A stretch of 60,396 nt of DNA, counting the filler, from Nitrospirae bacterium CG2_30_53_67 (GTDB lineage: Bacteria; CG2-30-53-67), in the NCBI GenBank assembly GCA_001873285.1. It is 5 parts of 5 records of this genome, joined end to end, with 100 filler letters (N's around TTAATTAATTAA, not from the genome) between each part and the next. Parts side by side here need not be neighbours in the genome. Positions count along the whole stretch, not along the records: positions 30,352 to 50,773 come from MNYV01000128.1; 4 more parts are not named here. One strand, 5' to 3'. Positions 36,208 through 46,434 of this stretch are shown here, in pieces (position 1 is the first letter of the stretch; each line of letters begins with the position of its first letter). A program made the position numbers and the translations under genes. The notes beneath the pieces are model-generated. The model saw only the letters and a list, made by a program, of their open reading frames with translations. It searched no databases and was not told where the DNA came from.

Positions 36208-38091
36208 CTATGTCGCAGGCATGAACCGTTCTTTCCAGAGTTGAAACAACATCAAAGACCAGAGCCTGTGGCTGTGGTTTTCCTCGTTCTGAATGTGCTC
36301 TTTCATTAATGTATCCACATAACCTGGATTGAAAATCCCCTGTCGTGCAAGCCTGTCGTGGGAAAGCAGGTCCGTCATCATGGGTCGGAGTGGACCTTTG
36401 AGCCAGTTTTTGATGGGGATACTGAATCCCTGCTTGGGACGATTGACAATATTTCCGGGCAGTAAACGCCGTGCCATTCTCTTCAGGAGGTATTTTGTCT
36501 TAAAATTCCTGATCTTCAACTCCTGTGGAACGGAGAGGGCGAACTCGACCACTCGATGATCCAGGAACGGAACCCTGACCTCCAACGACGCGGCCATACT
36601 CATTCTGTCCACCTTTACCAGGATATCGTCCACCAGGTAGGTTTTTATGTCCAGAAACATGGAGCGGTTGAGTCCGTTCAACCGGTTGCCGTTGAGATAA
36701 TTCTCAATGAAGTCAAAGGTGTCATCTGTGCTGATTCCACGGCTTATTTCGGCACAAAAAACGTCGCCGTTCCGTTCAGGGTTCATGTGAATCATCCAGC
36801 GAAAGTGTTCATACCTTTCCGCATAACAGGCCCCCTCCACGAATCGTTTGACCTTGTTGATGATCCCTTTCTTCCGGCTTGTGGGTGAAAGCATTTTCAC
36901 CAGGGGTACGACAAAACGCTCTCGTGCAGCGGAGGGCATTTTGGAATAATATCCATACACCTTCTGGGCCACATAGGTATCATACCCCCCGAACAGTTCG
37001 TCTCCGCCGTCGCCGGACAAAATCACTTTGACTTTTTCCCGGGCCATTTTTGAGACCAGATAGGTCGGGAAAACAGAGAAATCTCCGATCGGATCGTCGA
37101 GATGATCCACAATTTCCTCAATCAGTTCGATGGCAGAGGGGTTCAAGACACGTTCGGTATGATCGGTGTCAAACCTTTCGGCGACCCGGCGGGCATAGTT
37201 CAGTTCATTGTAGCTCTGGTTTTCAAAACCTATGGAAAAGGTTCTCACCCTGCTGTCAAGAAGCTCGCTCATTAAACCCACGACCGATCCGGAATCAATC
37301 CCTCCGCTCAAGAAAGCGCCAAAAGGCACATCCGATCTGAGCCTTAGTCGAACCGCATCCTTAAGCAACGAATAAAGCTCCTCGGCCGCCTCGTTCTCAG
37401 ATCGTTTTTTCTCCTCAACCTCTTCAGGATGCCAGTAGTGGTGGAGCGTGACACCGCCACTGTTGGCCAGCATAAAGTAACCCGGCGGCATCTTCTTTAT
37501 ATTGTCGAACAACGTACGCGGGAAGGGGATGAACTCGAACGTGATAAATTGCGACAACGCCTGGAGGTCCAGCTTGGCGTGAAGATCCTTTTCTTCCAGG
37601 ATCGCTTTCAATTCGGAGGCGAATATCAATCTTGCCCCGTCGGTAAAATAATAGAAGGGCTTAATACCCAGGCGGTCACGGGCGCAGAAGAGCTCCCGCT
37701 TTTCCTGATCCCAAATTGCAAACGCAAACATTCCGATCAGATGAGCAAGGCATTCTGTGGAATACTCCTCATAGAGATGCAGGATGACCTCTGTATCGGA
37801 GTCGGTCCTGAACTGATGGCCTCTGCTCACCAATTCACTCTTCAACTCCCTGTAGTTGTAAATTTCCCCGTTAAAAACGATCTGCAGACGTCCATCCTCA
37901 TTGGACATGGGCTGTTTTCCTGTTTGGAGGTCGATAATACTCAAGCGCCTCATTCCGATTCCGATATTTTCTCCGATGTAGACGCCCATATCGTCAGGTC
38001 CACGGTGAATAATGGTTCGGCACATCCTGTCGATGATGCTCGAGTCTACAGGTTGTCCATCCAACCGCAGGTATCCCACAATGCCGCACAT
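36208..38091 (-). CDS. asnB: AsnB-like glutamine amidotransferase (glycan-cluster type)
   Basis: MCGI, HRGPDD, RLSIID, FNGEIYN, LSGGIDS, SGDGGDE, KVDRMSM. Confidence 0.93.
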   Translation of the reverse strand: MCGIVGYLRLDGQPVDSSIIDRMCRTIIHRGPDDMGVYIGENIGIGMRRLSIIDLQTGKQPMSNEDGRLQIVFNGEIYNYRELKSELVSRGHQFRTDSDTEVILHLYEEYSTECLAHLIGMFAFAIWDQEKRELFCARDRLGIKPFYYFTDGARLIFASELKAILEEKDLHAKLDLQALSQFITFEFIPFPRTLFDNIKKMPPGYFMLANSGGVTLHHYWHPEEVEEKKRSENEAAEELYSLLKDAVRLRLRSDVPFGAFLSGGIDSGSVVGLMSELLDSRVRTFSIGFENQSYNELNYARRVAERFDTDHTERVLNPSAIELIEEIVDHLDDPIGDFSVFPTYLVSKMAREKVKVILSGDGGDELFGGYDTYVAQKVYGYYSKMPSAARERFVVPLVKMLSPTSRKKGIINKVKRFVEGACYAERYEHFRWMIHMNPERNGDVFCAEISRGISTDDTFDFIENYLNGNRLNGLNRSMFLDIKTYLVDDILVKVDRMSMAASLEVRVPFLDHRVVEFALSVPQELKIRNFKTKYLLKRMARRLLPGNIVNRPKQGFSIPIKNWLKGPLRPMMTDLLSHDRLARQGIFNPGYVDTLMKEHIQNEENHSHRLWSLMLFQLWKERFMPAT

Positions 38092-38142
38092 AATCGCTCT
38101 GTCTTATGGCTTTGCAATAAGGAGAAGGTTCAATGATGCCTC

Positions 38143-39816
38143 TCAGTTTAGAGGAGGGTATAGGGCTTTTGTCTCTTCAATTTCTTTTTGAATTCTTCTG
38201 TCGTCCCATCGCAACTCACCCCCCATGACTTCGGCGGCAGCTCTTAATGCAGCGTCACCGGGGTTGCCGGCGGATCCCAAATCGGTACGCCGCAGAACAA
38301 CATCCGACAGCTTCAGCGCCATCTCCTTTCGGACACCGTTTAGGATTTCAGCCTTGAGCACTTCCGCTGATCCAGGAACCGTTTCGCCAAGGAAGGGATC
38401 TGCTTTGGTATAACTCAGGATATCCTTGTATTTTGAGCCGTAGTTGTAGACGAGGTGACGGGTAATCGGTTCATTGAATGCCGAGGTTCGCAAGGATTCC
38501 TTGAGGAAGTCTTCAAAGCGATCGATGTCCCCACCGTACACCGGTGTATCCTGTGTGCGGCACATGGGGGGGGTCCTGCCGAGCTTCTTTAAGACCAGGG
38601 TAATGATATTGTTTGCGACATCCCGGTGCGTCGTATATTTCACACCGACCACGGTGATCAGGCCATCGGTCTTGTCATCATGGATATGGTCATGGATCCG
38701 GAACCTTTTCTCCAGCTTGACCTCTCCCGTTTTAACGTTCGCTCCGGCCATGGGAAGAAGGCCTTTATGAATAAAACTGACCTCCTCTCGTTTGATGTCG
38801 GCGCTCGGGTAGGCCCGATTGACCGAGTCGAGAAAGCTTTCGACCTGCATATTGTCCGGAAAGAAGTCATCCGGATTGCCATCGTATATCCGGTGATCCG
38901 TTCCAATGATGGTGGTGTCTCGCCAAGGAACAAAGAACAGTATCCGGTTCCCTCTGTAGACGGGTCCTCCTTCTTGTCTGTAAACGTAGGGTCCGGGAAG
39001 GCCGGCTGCGTGTGACCCCAGAAGTTTTCTCCTTACAACAATATTCATTGCCGAGGAGGGCAGGAACCTTCTCCCCGAGTTCTTTTTGGGCGCCTTCCGC
39101 AGGACCTCGTCAACCCATGGGCCGCAGGCATTGATCACGATCTTGGCTCTGATGTCAAAAATCTCTCCCGTAAAGCAGTCCTTGGCCTGAATGCCGGCGA
39201 CTTTTTGTGCATCCCCTAAAAACGCGGTACATTCAACATAATTGGCAGCGTCGGCTCCGGCATCGGCCGCAGACAATAGATAAGACAGTCCTAAGCGTTC
39301 CGTATTGTAACATTGGCAGTCATGCCATACGACTCCTCCGCTGAAATTATGAACATCATATCCAGGAACATATTCCTTCAGTTTTTCTGGGGGGATCAAA
39401 CGGCCTCTCGGCAAATATTGATGAGGGTCGTTCGATTTGTTGCGATCGAACCCGATCAGATCGTTTGCTAATGAAGCCGCCCACATGGCGAATCTGCCCT
39501 TGAGTGCATGGCCGTACGTCGGCATGACAACAGGCAAAGGATGAATCAAATGAGGAGCAATCCTCATCAGTGCCGTACGCTCGTGAATGGATTCCCGCAT
39601 CCTCCTGAAGTCCAAATGCTGCAGGTATCGGAGACCGCCATGAATGACTTTCAGGCTATTTGATGACGTGGCGTTCATAAAATCACCTTTATCAATCAAA
39701 GCAACTTTCAGGCCGCGAAGCACGGCATCCCATGCCGTACTGAGGCCGTAAATGCCCGAACCGAGAATCACAACATCATATTCGGTGCTTGAAAGTTTGT
39801 TCAGGTCTCTTTTCAT
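38143..39816 (-). CDS. FAD-dependent glycerol-3-phosphate dehydrogenase/oxidase family protein
   Basis: GSGIYG, TSSNSLKVIHGGLRYL, NACGPW, GVKYTT, DVVLRRT. Confidence 0.88.
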   Translation of the reverse strand: MKRDLNKLSSTEYDVVILGSGIYGLSTAWDAVLRGLKVALIDKGDFMNATSSNSLKVIHGGLRYLQHLDFRRMRESIHERTALMRIAPHLIHPLPVVMPTYGHALKGRFAMWAASLANDLIGFDRNKSNDPHQYLPRGRLIPPEKLKEYVPGYDVHNFSGGVVWHDCQCYNTERLGLSYLLSAADAGADAANYVECTAFLGDAQKVAGIQAKDCFTGEIFDIRAKIVINACGPWVDEVLRKAPKKNSGRRFLPSSAMNIVVRRKLLGSHAAGLPGPYVYRQEGGPVYRGNRILFFVPWRDTTIIGTDHRIYDGNPDDFFPDNMQVESFLDSVNRAYPSADIKREEVSFIHKGLLPMAGANVKTGEVKLEKRFRIHDHIHDDKTDGLITVVGVKYTTHRDVANNIITLVLKKLGRTPPMCRTQDTPVYGGDIDRFEDFLKESLRTSAFNEPITRHLVYNYGSKYKDILSYTKADPFLGETVPGSAEVLKAEILNGVRKEMALKLSDVVLRRTDLGSAGNPGDAALRAAAEVMGGELRWDDRRIQKEIEETKALYPPLN

Positions 39817-39874
39817 CGGATGCCTTATAAGAAACACCCTCGGTATTCTGTATACCGGTGCATCGGAGAAAGGG

Positions 39875-40726
39875 TCACCGTAAATTTTCGGTTGCCCGGA
39901 GTTTCTGCTGATTTTTTCTTTTCAATATTTGCATGGCCATCTGGTTTTGAAAAAAGCGAAAAGGTCTTTCAAGCTCTCCATATGAGTGTATGGGCGTTGC
40001 TGGATCTAAAAGTAGACGTTTTAATTCTTTTGCCGGCTGTTGCGGGTCAATGGATCCTTGCAGTGAGAAGCCGAAACTGCCTGGCCGAAGGCATTCGGTT
40101 TCAAAAGGCAATGGATCGCTTCCCGGCAAGACTCGTATCCCCTTTTTCTCCGCCAGGATAAAATGAGAGGGATGGCGCCAGAATCTCGGACGCCCGCCAT
40201 TATCCCCCAGGAACAGGCAGGGGTCGCCATTTTCTTCCAGGATCTTTCTCAATATCCGCCCGCGACGTCCGAGCCATTTGCCCGCACCCCATGGAATGAC
40301 CGGGATCGCGCCGGCCTCCTTGACGGTTTGAAGCGTCTCGGCAAGGGGTTCCCCCGATTTCAAGCCGTCTTCGGCGCCCAAGGCCAAAACTTCGAGGTTT
40401 TCGGCTGTCACGATCTGACGCCCCGCTATCAGGAAAATACCTTGTTTGCCGTTATGCCTTCCTAAAATCGAAATGTTTTCTTTTGTCCGATGGAAGGTCC
40501 AGCTCCGAACTGGATCTCTCTTTTGCCTCTGCCCGCCTTCAACCAGACGAGCGATGCGTTGAAAGCCGTTTTCCCTTTTGCCTTCCGTGAAGAACAAAAC
40601 GGCCATGAACTTGCTATGACATCCAAGTTTCTCTGCTGCGGTCTGGAAATTCGAGAGCGCGGAATCAAGAAAGACCGTCAGGTCAAAGCAATCATAGAAA
40701 TGAACGTGGGCATCGACTAATATCAT
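39875..40726 (-). CDS. Hypothetical PHP-like metal-dependent hydrolase
   Basis: N-terminal DAHVH; C-terminal GSD motif. Confidence 0.6.
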   Translation of the reverse strand: MILVDAHVHFYDCFDLTVFLDSALSNFQTAAEKLGCHSKFMAVLFFTEGKRENGFQRIARLVEGGQRQKRDPVRSWTFHRTKENISILGRHNGKQGIFLIAGRQIVTAENLEVLALGAEDGLKSGEPLAETLQTVKEAGAIPVIPWGAGKWLGRRGRILRKILEENGDPCLFLGDNGGRPRFWRHPSHFILAEKKGIRVLPGSDPLPFETECLRPGSFGFSLQGSIDPQQPAKELKRLLLDPATPIHSYGELERPFRFFQNQMAMQILKRKNQQKLRATENLR

Positions 40727-40788
40727 TTAAAAACTGTTTCAACGGGACGCGATCCAGGTTGACATTTCACGCGCCCATGGGAAAGGCT

Positions 40789-41955
40789 TTATGTTTTAAC
40801 CCTTCCGATGACCCTCTCCAGCCTCTGCTTATATATTTCTTCACCATATTTATTACTATAACATTCATAGGCGTTCGTTGCTCGCCTTCTGGCTTCTTCT
40901 TCGTTTTCGAGACATTCAAGAATACCTCCGGCAAAATCATGCGGATTAGGATCTCGCAAGAAGGCACATTCCCCGTCAAGCTCCTGGGTATGGGTCCTGA
41001 GGCTCGTGGCGACAATCGGCACACGGCTCGCCATGTACTCGTAAATTTTAAGCGGGGTGTTCGTTCCCTTCAGCCTGGGAGATACCAGCACGTCAGCCTC
41101 TTTAATAAATTCCCTTACAGGGTTTACGTCAAGTCGGCCCGTAAACAGAACATGGTCAGAGATCCCGAGTTCTTCCGCCTTCCTGCGCATTTCAAGGACC
41201 TGTTCTGAAGTCCCCCCTAAAAAGATAAAGACGAGATCTTTCCTTTCTCTTAATACGATTCCAATGCTTTCCAAATACATCTCCAAACCCTGGTAGGGCT
41301 CGAAGGTACCCGCATATAAAACAACCTTTTTCCCGGCCGTATTGATAAGATTCTTTAGATTTGCATTGTAAGGGCTGTTTTTGAATGCAATCGGGGAGAA
41401 CAATGTGTTTTGAATCAGCTCATTCTTGCCGGCAAACCCAAATTTCTCTACCTGCAGTTCGAGTTCCTTGCAGATCGTAATGATGGCGCTCGCTCTGGCG
41501 ATGGAAAGCCTTTCCAGATATTCAAAAATACTGATGAGCGGTTTAAGTTTCGCAAAATTGAAATTTTCCAACTGTTGCGGAAGGCTTGAATGCATATCAT
41601 AGATGTACCTGGTGCCGAAAATTCGATTTAATAGCAGACAAAAAAAGACGGCCTCTTCGTGTGCATGAACAATTTCATACTTGTTTCTATGAAGCAGAAG
41701 CAGCGCTTTCAAAAAGAGAGGAATATCCAACATTAGTTTCACGATCGACGGGCCGATTCTGATGTCGTAAACAAAAGGAAGCCGTGGACTCCTGATAATG
41801 TTCACCCGCTCTATGTCAACATCCTCACCGATCGGATAAGTCAGCAGATCTATCTCATGACCTAAATCCGAAAGAGCTTTTGCCCGGTAGTATACACTCA
41901 GGGGTGTTCCCCGAGGAGTAAAAAAAGGCTGAGGCACAATCATCAAGATCTTCAT
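40789..41955 (-). CDS. Glycosyltransferase family 4
   Basis: YAGTFEPYQG; TPLKIYEYMAS. Confidence 0.92.
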   Translation of the reverse strand: MKILMIVPQPFFTPRGTPLSVYYRAKALSDLGHEIDLLTYPIGEDVDIERVNIIRSPRLPFVYDIRIGPSIVKLMLDIPLFLKALLLLHRNKYEIVHAHEEAVFFCLLLNRIFGTRYIYDMHSSLPQQLENFNFAKLKPLISIFEYLERLSIARASAIITICKELELQVEKFGFAGKNELIQNTLFSPIAFKNSPYNANLKNLINTAGKKVVLYAGTFEPYQGLEMYLESIGIVLRERKDLVFIFLGGTSEQVLEMRRKAEELGISDHVLFTGRLDVNPVREFIKEADVLVSPRLKGTNTPLKIYEYMASRVPIVATSLRTHTQELDGECAFLRDPNPHDFAGGILECLENEEEARRRATNAYECYSNKYGEEIYKQRLERVIGRVKT

Positions 41956-41957
41956 GT

Positions 41958-42947
41958 TTACTCTATCATCTCTTTCACGTTAAAGTGTTTCCCTTTTTTG
42001 CTGTGGGTATAAATGATAATCTCTCCTATAAAGCCGATCGCAAAGATCTGGATCCCGATGACGATAAGAAGGGAGGCCAGGAAGAGTGAAGGCTTGTCTC
42101 GAAGTGCAAAGCCTTGTGTAAAAAGGCGGTTGTATATGAGAAAGGCATTGATGGCGCCGCCAAAAAGGATGAGAATGGAACCGATGAGCCCGAAGAATCT
42201 CATGGGTCTGTATGTAAAACGTAGAAGGAAGAAAAGAGTGACAATATCAATCAGCCTGTACAGGTATGTAGATATCTTATAGACCCTTAAGCATGTGTCC
42301 TCCTTCCTTTGCTTGACGACTAACTCTTTGACCCGAAGGCCTTGGTGCTCCGCCAGAATCGGGATAAATCGGTGAAGGTCTCCGTACACATCAAAGGCTT
42401 CAGCTACCTCTCGCCTCATCGCCCTTAAGCCGCAGGAGATATCCCCGAATTTTGTTCCCGTAAAAAACCTCAGAATTTTATGGAACAGGAAGGTCTGAAC
42501 CCTGTTAAAGAACGCGTCGTTCTCTCTCGATCTCCGGCATATCACCATGTCACATTCGTTGTTGTTTAATGCATCGTAGAGCCTTTTTGTCTCCTCCGGT
42601 TCAACCTGCAAATAGGAAGAAAGAGTGAAAACATACCGACCTTTGGCATTCTGAAAACCTACGGAAAGCGCATTCGATTCACCGAAGGTTCTGGGGAATA
42701 TTATTAACTGTATGTTTGGGTTCTTACGGGAAAGTTGTCTGATCTCGTCATAGGCATTTTTCATGCGGGCATCAATAATAAATATAAACTCAAAACTTTT
42801 TTTTATCTTTGATAGTTCCTCATAATACAGGAGAAAGAGCCTCTCAAGGTTATCGCTTCTTTCAACGACTGGAACGATCACCGATATTTCAGTATCCTGC
42901 TTCACGATCCCTTCAGATCCCACAGCGATTTTCACTTCTGTATCCAT
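41958..42947 (-). CDS. Glycosyltransferase family 2 (ArnC/GtrB-like, degenerate motifs)
   Basis: ISVIVP, FGESNALSVG, DISCG, HRFIP, two C-terminal TMs; DDGS and DxD motifs replaced. Confidence 0.82.
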   Translation of the reverse strand: MDTEVKIAVGSEGIVKQDTEISVIVPVVERSDNLERLFLLYYEELSKIKKSFEFIFIIDARMKNAYDEIRQLSRKNPNIQLIIFPRTFGESNALSVGFQNAKGRYVFTLSSYLQVEPEETKRLYDALNNNECDMVICRRSRENDAFFNRVQTFLFHKILRFFTGTKFGDISCGLRAMRREVAEAFDVYGDLHRFIPILAEHQGLRVKELVVKQRKEDTCLRVYKISTYLYRLIDIVTLFFLLRFTYRPMRFFGLIGSILILFGGAINAFLIYNRLFTQGFALRDKPSLFLASLLIVIGIQIFAIGFIGEIIIYTHSKKGKHFNVKEMIE

Positions 42948-43876
42948 GATACGTCTCCTAATATCTTGTTCTGCTTATAGTCTCCGGTTTTAATAACCAA
43001 CTCCATGAGGTAACCGAATGACACGAGGCTGAAAGCCAGGAAAATGAAAAGGATGCCGGACCCCAGAGTGACGATGGCGTGATCCGGAACCAGCGATGGA
43101 TTCAAGAAATCATAATAATAAAATCCCAGGAAGGTCGTGCCTAAAAACCAGAAGGGAATGCTGGACAGCCCAAACAAGGTCATCGGCTTGGAGGAAAAAT
43201 CCACAAGTAATTTGATCTTGATAAGATCAAGCAGCACCTTCCATGTCCTTGAGAGTCCGTATTTGCTCTTCCCGGCGACACGGGGCTTGTGTGATACAGG
43301 GACTTCTGTAATACGTGACCCGATGGACGCGGCAACAATGGGAATAAACCTGTGCATCTCAGAGTACAGATGGATATGTTTTATAATATCCCGCCTGTAT
43401 CCCTTCAGCGAGCACCCAAGATCCCGGATCTTCACCTTGGTCACATAAGCGATCAGGGCGTTGGCCAGCGCCGAGGGTATTCTCCGCAGGAAAAGGTTAT
43501 CCTTTCTTATCTGCCGCCAACCGCAGACAACGTGGTACCCGGACCGGACCGCCATGAGGATACGAATGATATCTGCGGGGTCATTTTGCAGATCCCCATC
43601 CATGGTCACGAGAACCTCCCCCCGGGCTGCTTCAAAGCCGGCAGCCATGGCTTCGCTTTGCCCGTAGTTCCTGTTGAAGATGATCACTTTGAGCTCAGGA
43701 GCGGCCTTCTTGATTTCTTTTATGGCTTCCGTGGTGCCGTCGGTTGAGCCGTCATCCACGAAGATGACCTCATAGGTCAGAGAGAGTTTCTGAAGCTCTC
43801 TCTTTATTCTCCGATAAAGTTCGTCCACGTTTTCTTTTTCGTTATATAAAGGAACGATAACGGACAGATCCATCAC
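42932..43876 (-). CDS. Glycosyltransferase family 2 (ArnC/GtrB-like)
   Basis: VDDGSTD, NYGQSEA, MDGDLQNDP, HRFIP, two C-terminal TMs. Confidence 0.92.
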   Translation of the reverse strand: MMDLSVIVPLYNEKENVDELYRRIKRELQKLSLTYEVIFVDDGSTDGTTEAIKEIKKAAPELKVIIFNRNYGQSEAMAAGFEAARGEVLVTMDGDLQNDPADIIRILMAVRSGYHVVCGWRQIRKDNLFLRRIPSALANALIAYVTKVKIRDLGCSLKGYRRDIIKHIHLYSEMHRFIPIVAASIGSRITEVPVSHKPRVAGKSKYGLSRTWKVLLDLIKIKLLVDFSSKPMTLFGLSSIPFWFLGTTFLGFYYYDFLNPSLVPDHAIVTLGSGILFIFLAFSLVSFGYLMELVIKTGDYKQNKILGDVSWIQK

Positions 43877-43951
43877 GGCCGCCTTTCCCAGAAAAATATT
43901 TTGATACGAACACCCTTCACTCTTTAGATCCCCTTTGGCTCTGAATAAGCC

Positions 43952-45649
43952 TTATTTATTCTTCCTGAAAGATTCCCTAAGTATGCTGATCTTATCATCA
44001 GCAGGCGTGTAAAAATTCGGCAAGGTCTTTAAAGGGACCCGTATTTCCGAGCCGATGATGGGCAATCTGATATGAATGTCTTCACGCGTCTCTGGAATAT
44101 CTCCATTCATCCTGTAGATCAAAATCATTTTATTCTTGTTCGCACTGTCTTCATTATATAACTTTATTTTTTTCTCCAGTGTAAAATGATCGGATTCCAA
44201 CGCCTGCCTCAGCATCTTATAGGCATTGATATTAAAGTCCGATTCCTCTTCGATCACAAAATACCTGGTCCCGTACGCCTCTAAGAGTTTATAGGTATCA
44301 TCCATGTTTTTCGCGTACTCGACCAGCAGATACTTTGAAAACACGGAAGACGAAGCAAGGAGCTTGTCCCCGCGGAAGATAATCATTCTTCTTTCCTTGT
44401 CCAATTTCCTGATGTAGAAAACAAAATTGCCGTTTCCTAATCCGCTCCCTTGGAAGAAAACCCTTGGTTCACCCTTGTCCACGATATATCGGGCCGCTTC
44501 TTCATAACCTTGAACCAGGGGGATCCTGGTCTGAATGGCCAAGACGAATTGATAGACGCACAACATCATGAGTAACAAGGGCGCAACAGGTATTTTCTTT
44601 ATCTTCCAGGAAATTTCATTGAGTATGAGCGCTGCAAAAAGGGCGTAGGGAGGGAGCCAGAAATAGATATACCTTGAATCCTTGACTCTAAGATAACTGA
44701 ACGTAAGGTAAAACCCGAAAATCCAGGCAATGAAAAGAACCGCCGCCTTATAGTCTTTTCTTATAAAAATAAGAAAAATTGAAAGAAGGCAAAGCATCAT
44801 CGTGGGGATGGTAAACGCCTCGGACAGGGCCCTCGGGTAAAAAAGCCATGGTTTTAAAAAGAGCAGACGGGACTGAGCGGAGATGCCTCCGATGGATTGG
44901 GCGATATTCATTTGACCGTATCGCAATGTCAGGAATACCAAAGGAGAAATGAGGAGGAACAGACTGAGACTGAGAAGAATCACATCCTTGCTCATCATCC
45001 TTTTATAATTCTTCGTCAAAATGAAATAGAGGAAAAATGTGAGAAGGATGAAAATGGATGTCTGCTTGGTGTAGACGGATGCAGAGACCGAGAGAACCGT
45101 ATAGAAACCATATCTCGGCTTGTCGCGTTCAATAAAGTTATAAAAAAGATAGACGGAAAGGATGATCATCGCGAGAGACGGCATTTCCAGCATGGCGCTT
45201 TTTGCCCACTTCACGATGAAGGGCGTTGTGATAAACAGAATGCTGGAGTAAAGAGCGATTTTTTCATTGAAGATTTGCCTGATGAGCTTGAACCAGAACG
45301 TTACGGCGATCAAAGCGAAGAAGAGGACCGTGAGCCTTGCGCTGACCACAGAGACGCCGAATAAGGCAAAAAATCCCGCCTCCACAAGGGCAAAGAGCGG
45401 CGGGTAGTAACCGATGCTCAATGCCGGGTATTTTGTATAATACTGGGCTATGTAGTCCACAAAATGGAGGATGGGAAAGTCCCTGATGAAATCCAATATG
45501 AAAACACCGTCCATCGCGTGCCGGGGCGCGTCCGAAAACCAGAACTCTCCGCGGTGAATGTCTTTGACCAAAATAATAATTGTCACCGCAATCACGAAAC
45601 TCAGATAATACGGGGATCGGTTTTCCTGGAAATCTTTTCGTAGTTTCAT
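43952..45649 (-). CDS. GT-C (ArnT/PMT-like) membrane glycosyltransferase
   Basis: Multi-TM; SDAPRH, YYPPLF, ARL, MLE, TKQ, RY motifs. Confidence 0.82.
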   Translation of the reverse strand: MKLRKDFQENRSPYYLSFVIAVTIIILVKDIHRGEFWFSDAPRHAMDGVFILDFIRDFPILHFVDYIAQYYTKYPALSIGYYPPLFALVEAGFFALFGVSVVSARLTVLFFALIAVTFWFKLIRQIFNEKIALYSSILFITTPFIVKWAKSAMLEMPSLAMIILSVYLFYNFIERDKPRYGFYTVLSVSASVYTKQTSIFILLTFFLYFILTKNYKRMMSKDVILLSLSLFLLISPLVFLTLRYGQMNIAQSIGGISAQSRLLFLKPWLFYPRALSEAFTIPTMMLCLLSIFLIFIRKDYKAAVLFIAWIFGFYLTFSYLRVKDSRYIYFWLPPYALFAALILNEISWKIKKIPVAPLLLMMLCVYQFVLAIQTRIPLVQGYEEAARYIVDKGEPRVFFQGSGLGNGNFVFYIRKLDKERRMIIFRGDKLLASSSVFSKYLLVEYAKNMDDTYKLLEAYGTRYFVIEEESDFNINAYKMLRQALESDHFTLEKKIKLYNEDSANKNKMILIYRMNGDIPETREDIHIRLPIIGSEIRVPLKTLPNFYTPADDKISILRESFRKNK

Positions 45650-45663
45650 CTTAACGTTCGCAC

Positions 45664-46434
45664 CTATGATCTTGCATTCTTCTCAACAAATTCACGATAA
45701 TCTCTGAAAAGATATGAAAGATGTTTGATGATCTCCAGGACGGAGGCACGGCACTTCAGCGTCAACCAGAACGCCTCCCATACAACCCTTCTGGATATTT
45801 TTGACGTCCCGTATTCCCTTTCCTTGAAGAGAATGGGAATTTCAAGCACAGTAAAGCCATGTTTAAATGTCAAGTAAGTCATTTCGATCTGGAACGCATA
45901 GCCGTCGGACCGGATGCCGTCGAGATTGATCCCCTCAAGGACTTCCCTCCGGTAGCATCGGAACCCGGCCGTGAAATCCCAAACAGGTCTGACCATAATG
46001 TACGAAACATACATGTTGGCCAGTTTGCTCAGCAGAAGTCTTCTGAATTTCCATCCTTCGACACGAACCCCGTTGATGTAGCGGCTCCCGATCACAAGAT
46101 CCGCCTTTTCCGATGCCTCCAGAAAATCCTGAAGGTATCTCGGATCGTGAGAAAAATCCGCATCCATCTCAAAAATCAGATCTGCGCCCTTTGCCAGTGC
46201 CAGCTTGAAGCCCTCAACATACGCCGTGCCGAGACCGGCCTTGCGGGGCCGGTGAATGAGGTGAACGCGAGGGTCTTTGCGGGACAGGGCTTCAACAAGC
46301 GCCCCCGTGCCATCGGGGGAATTGTCATCTACCACGATGATATAAATCTCCGGATGAAGATCGAGAATTTGTGCAATAATGCGCTCGATATTTCCCGCTT
46401 CATTATACGTGGGAATCACGATGCAGGCATTCAC
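45664..46434 (-). CDS. Polyprenol monophosphomannose synthase (DPM1-like GT2)
   Basis: IPTYNE, VDDNSPDGT, GLGTAY, MDADFSHDP, GYAFQIE. Confidence 0.92.
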   Translation of the reverse strand: MNACIVIPTYNEAGNIERIIAQILDLHPEIYIIVVDDNSPDGTGALVEALSRKDPRVHLIHRPRKAGLGTAYVEGFKLALAKGADLIFEMDADFSHDPRYLQDFLEASEKADLVIGSRYINGVRVEGWKFRRLLLSKLANMYVSYIMVRPVWDFTAGFRCYRREVLEGINLDGIRSDGYAFQIEMTYLTFKHGFTVLEIPILFKEREYGTSKISRRVVWEAFWLTLKCRASVLEIIKHLSYLFRDYREFVEKNARS

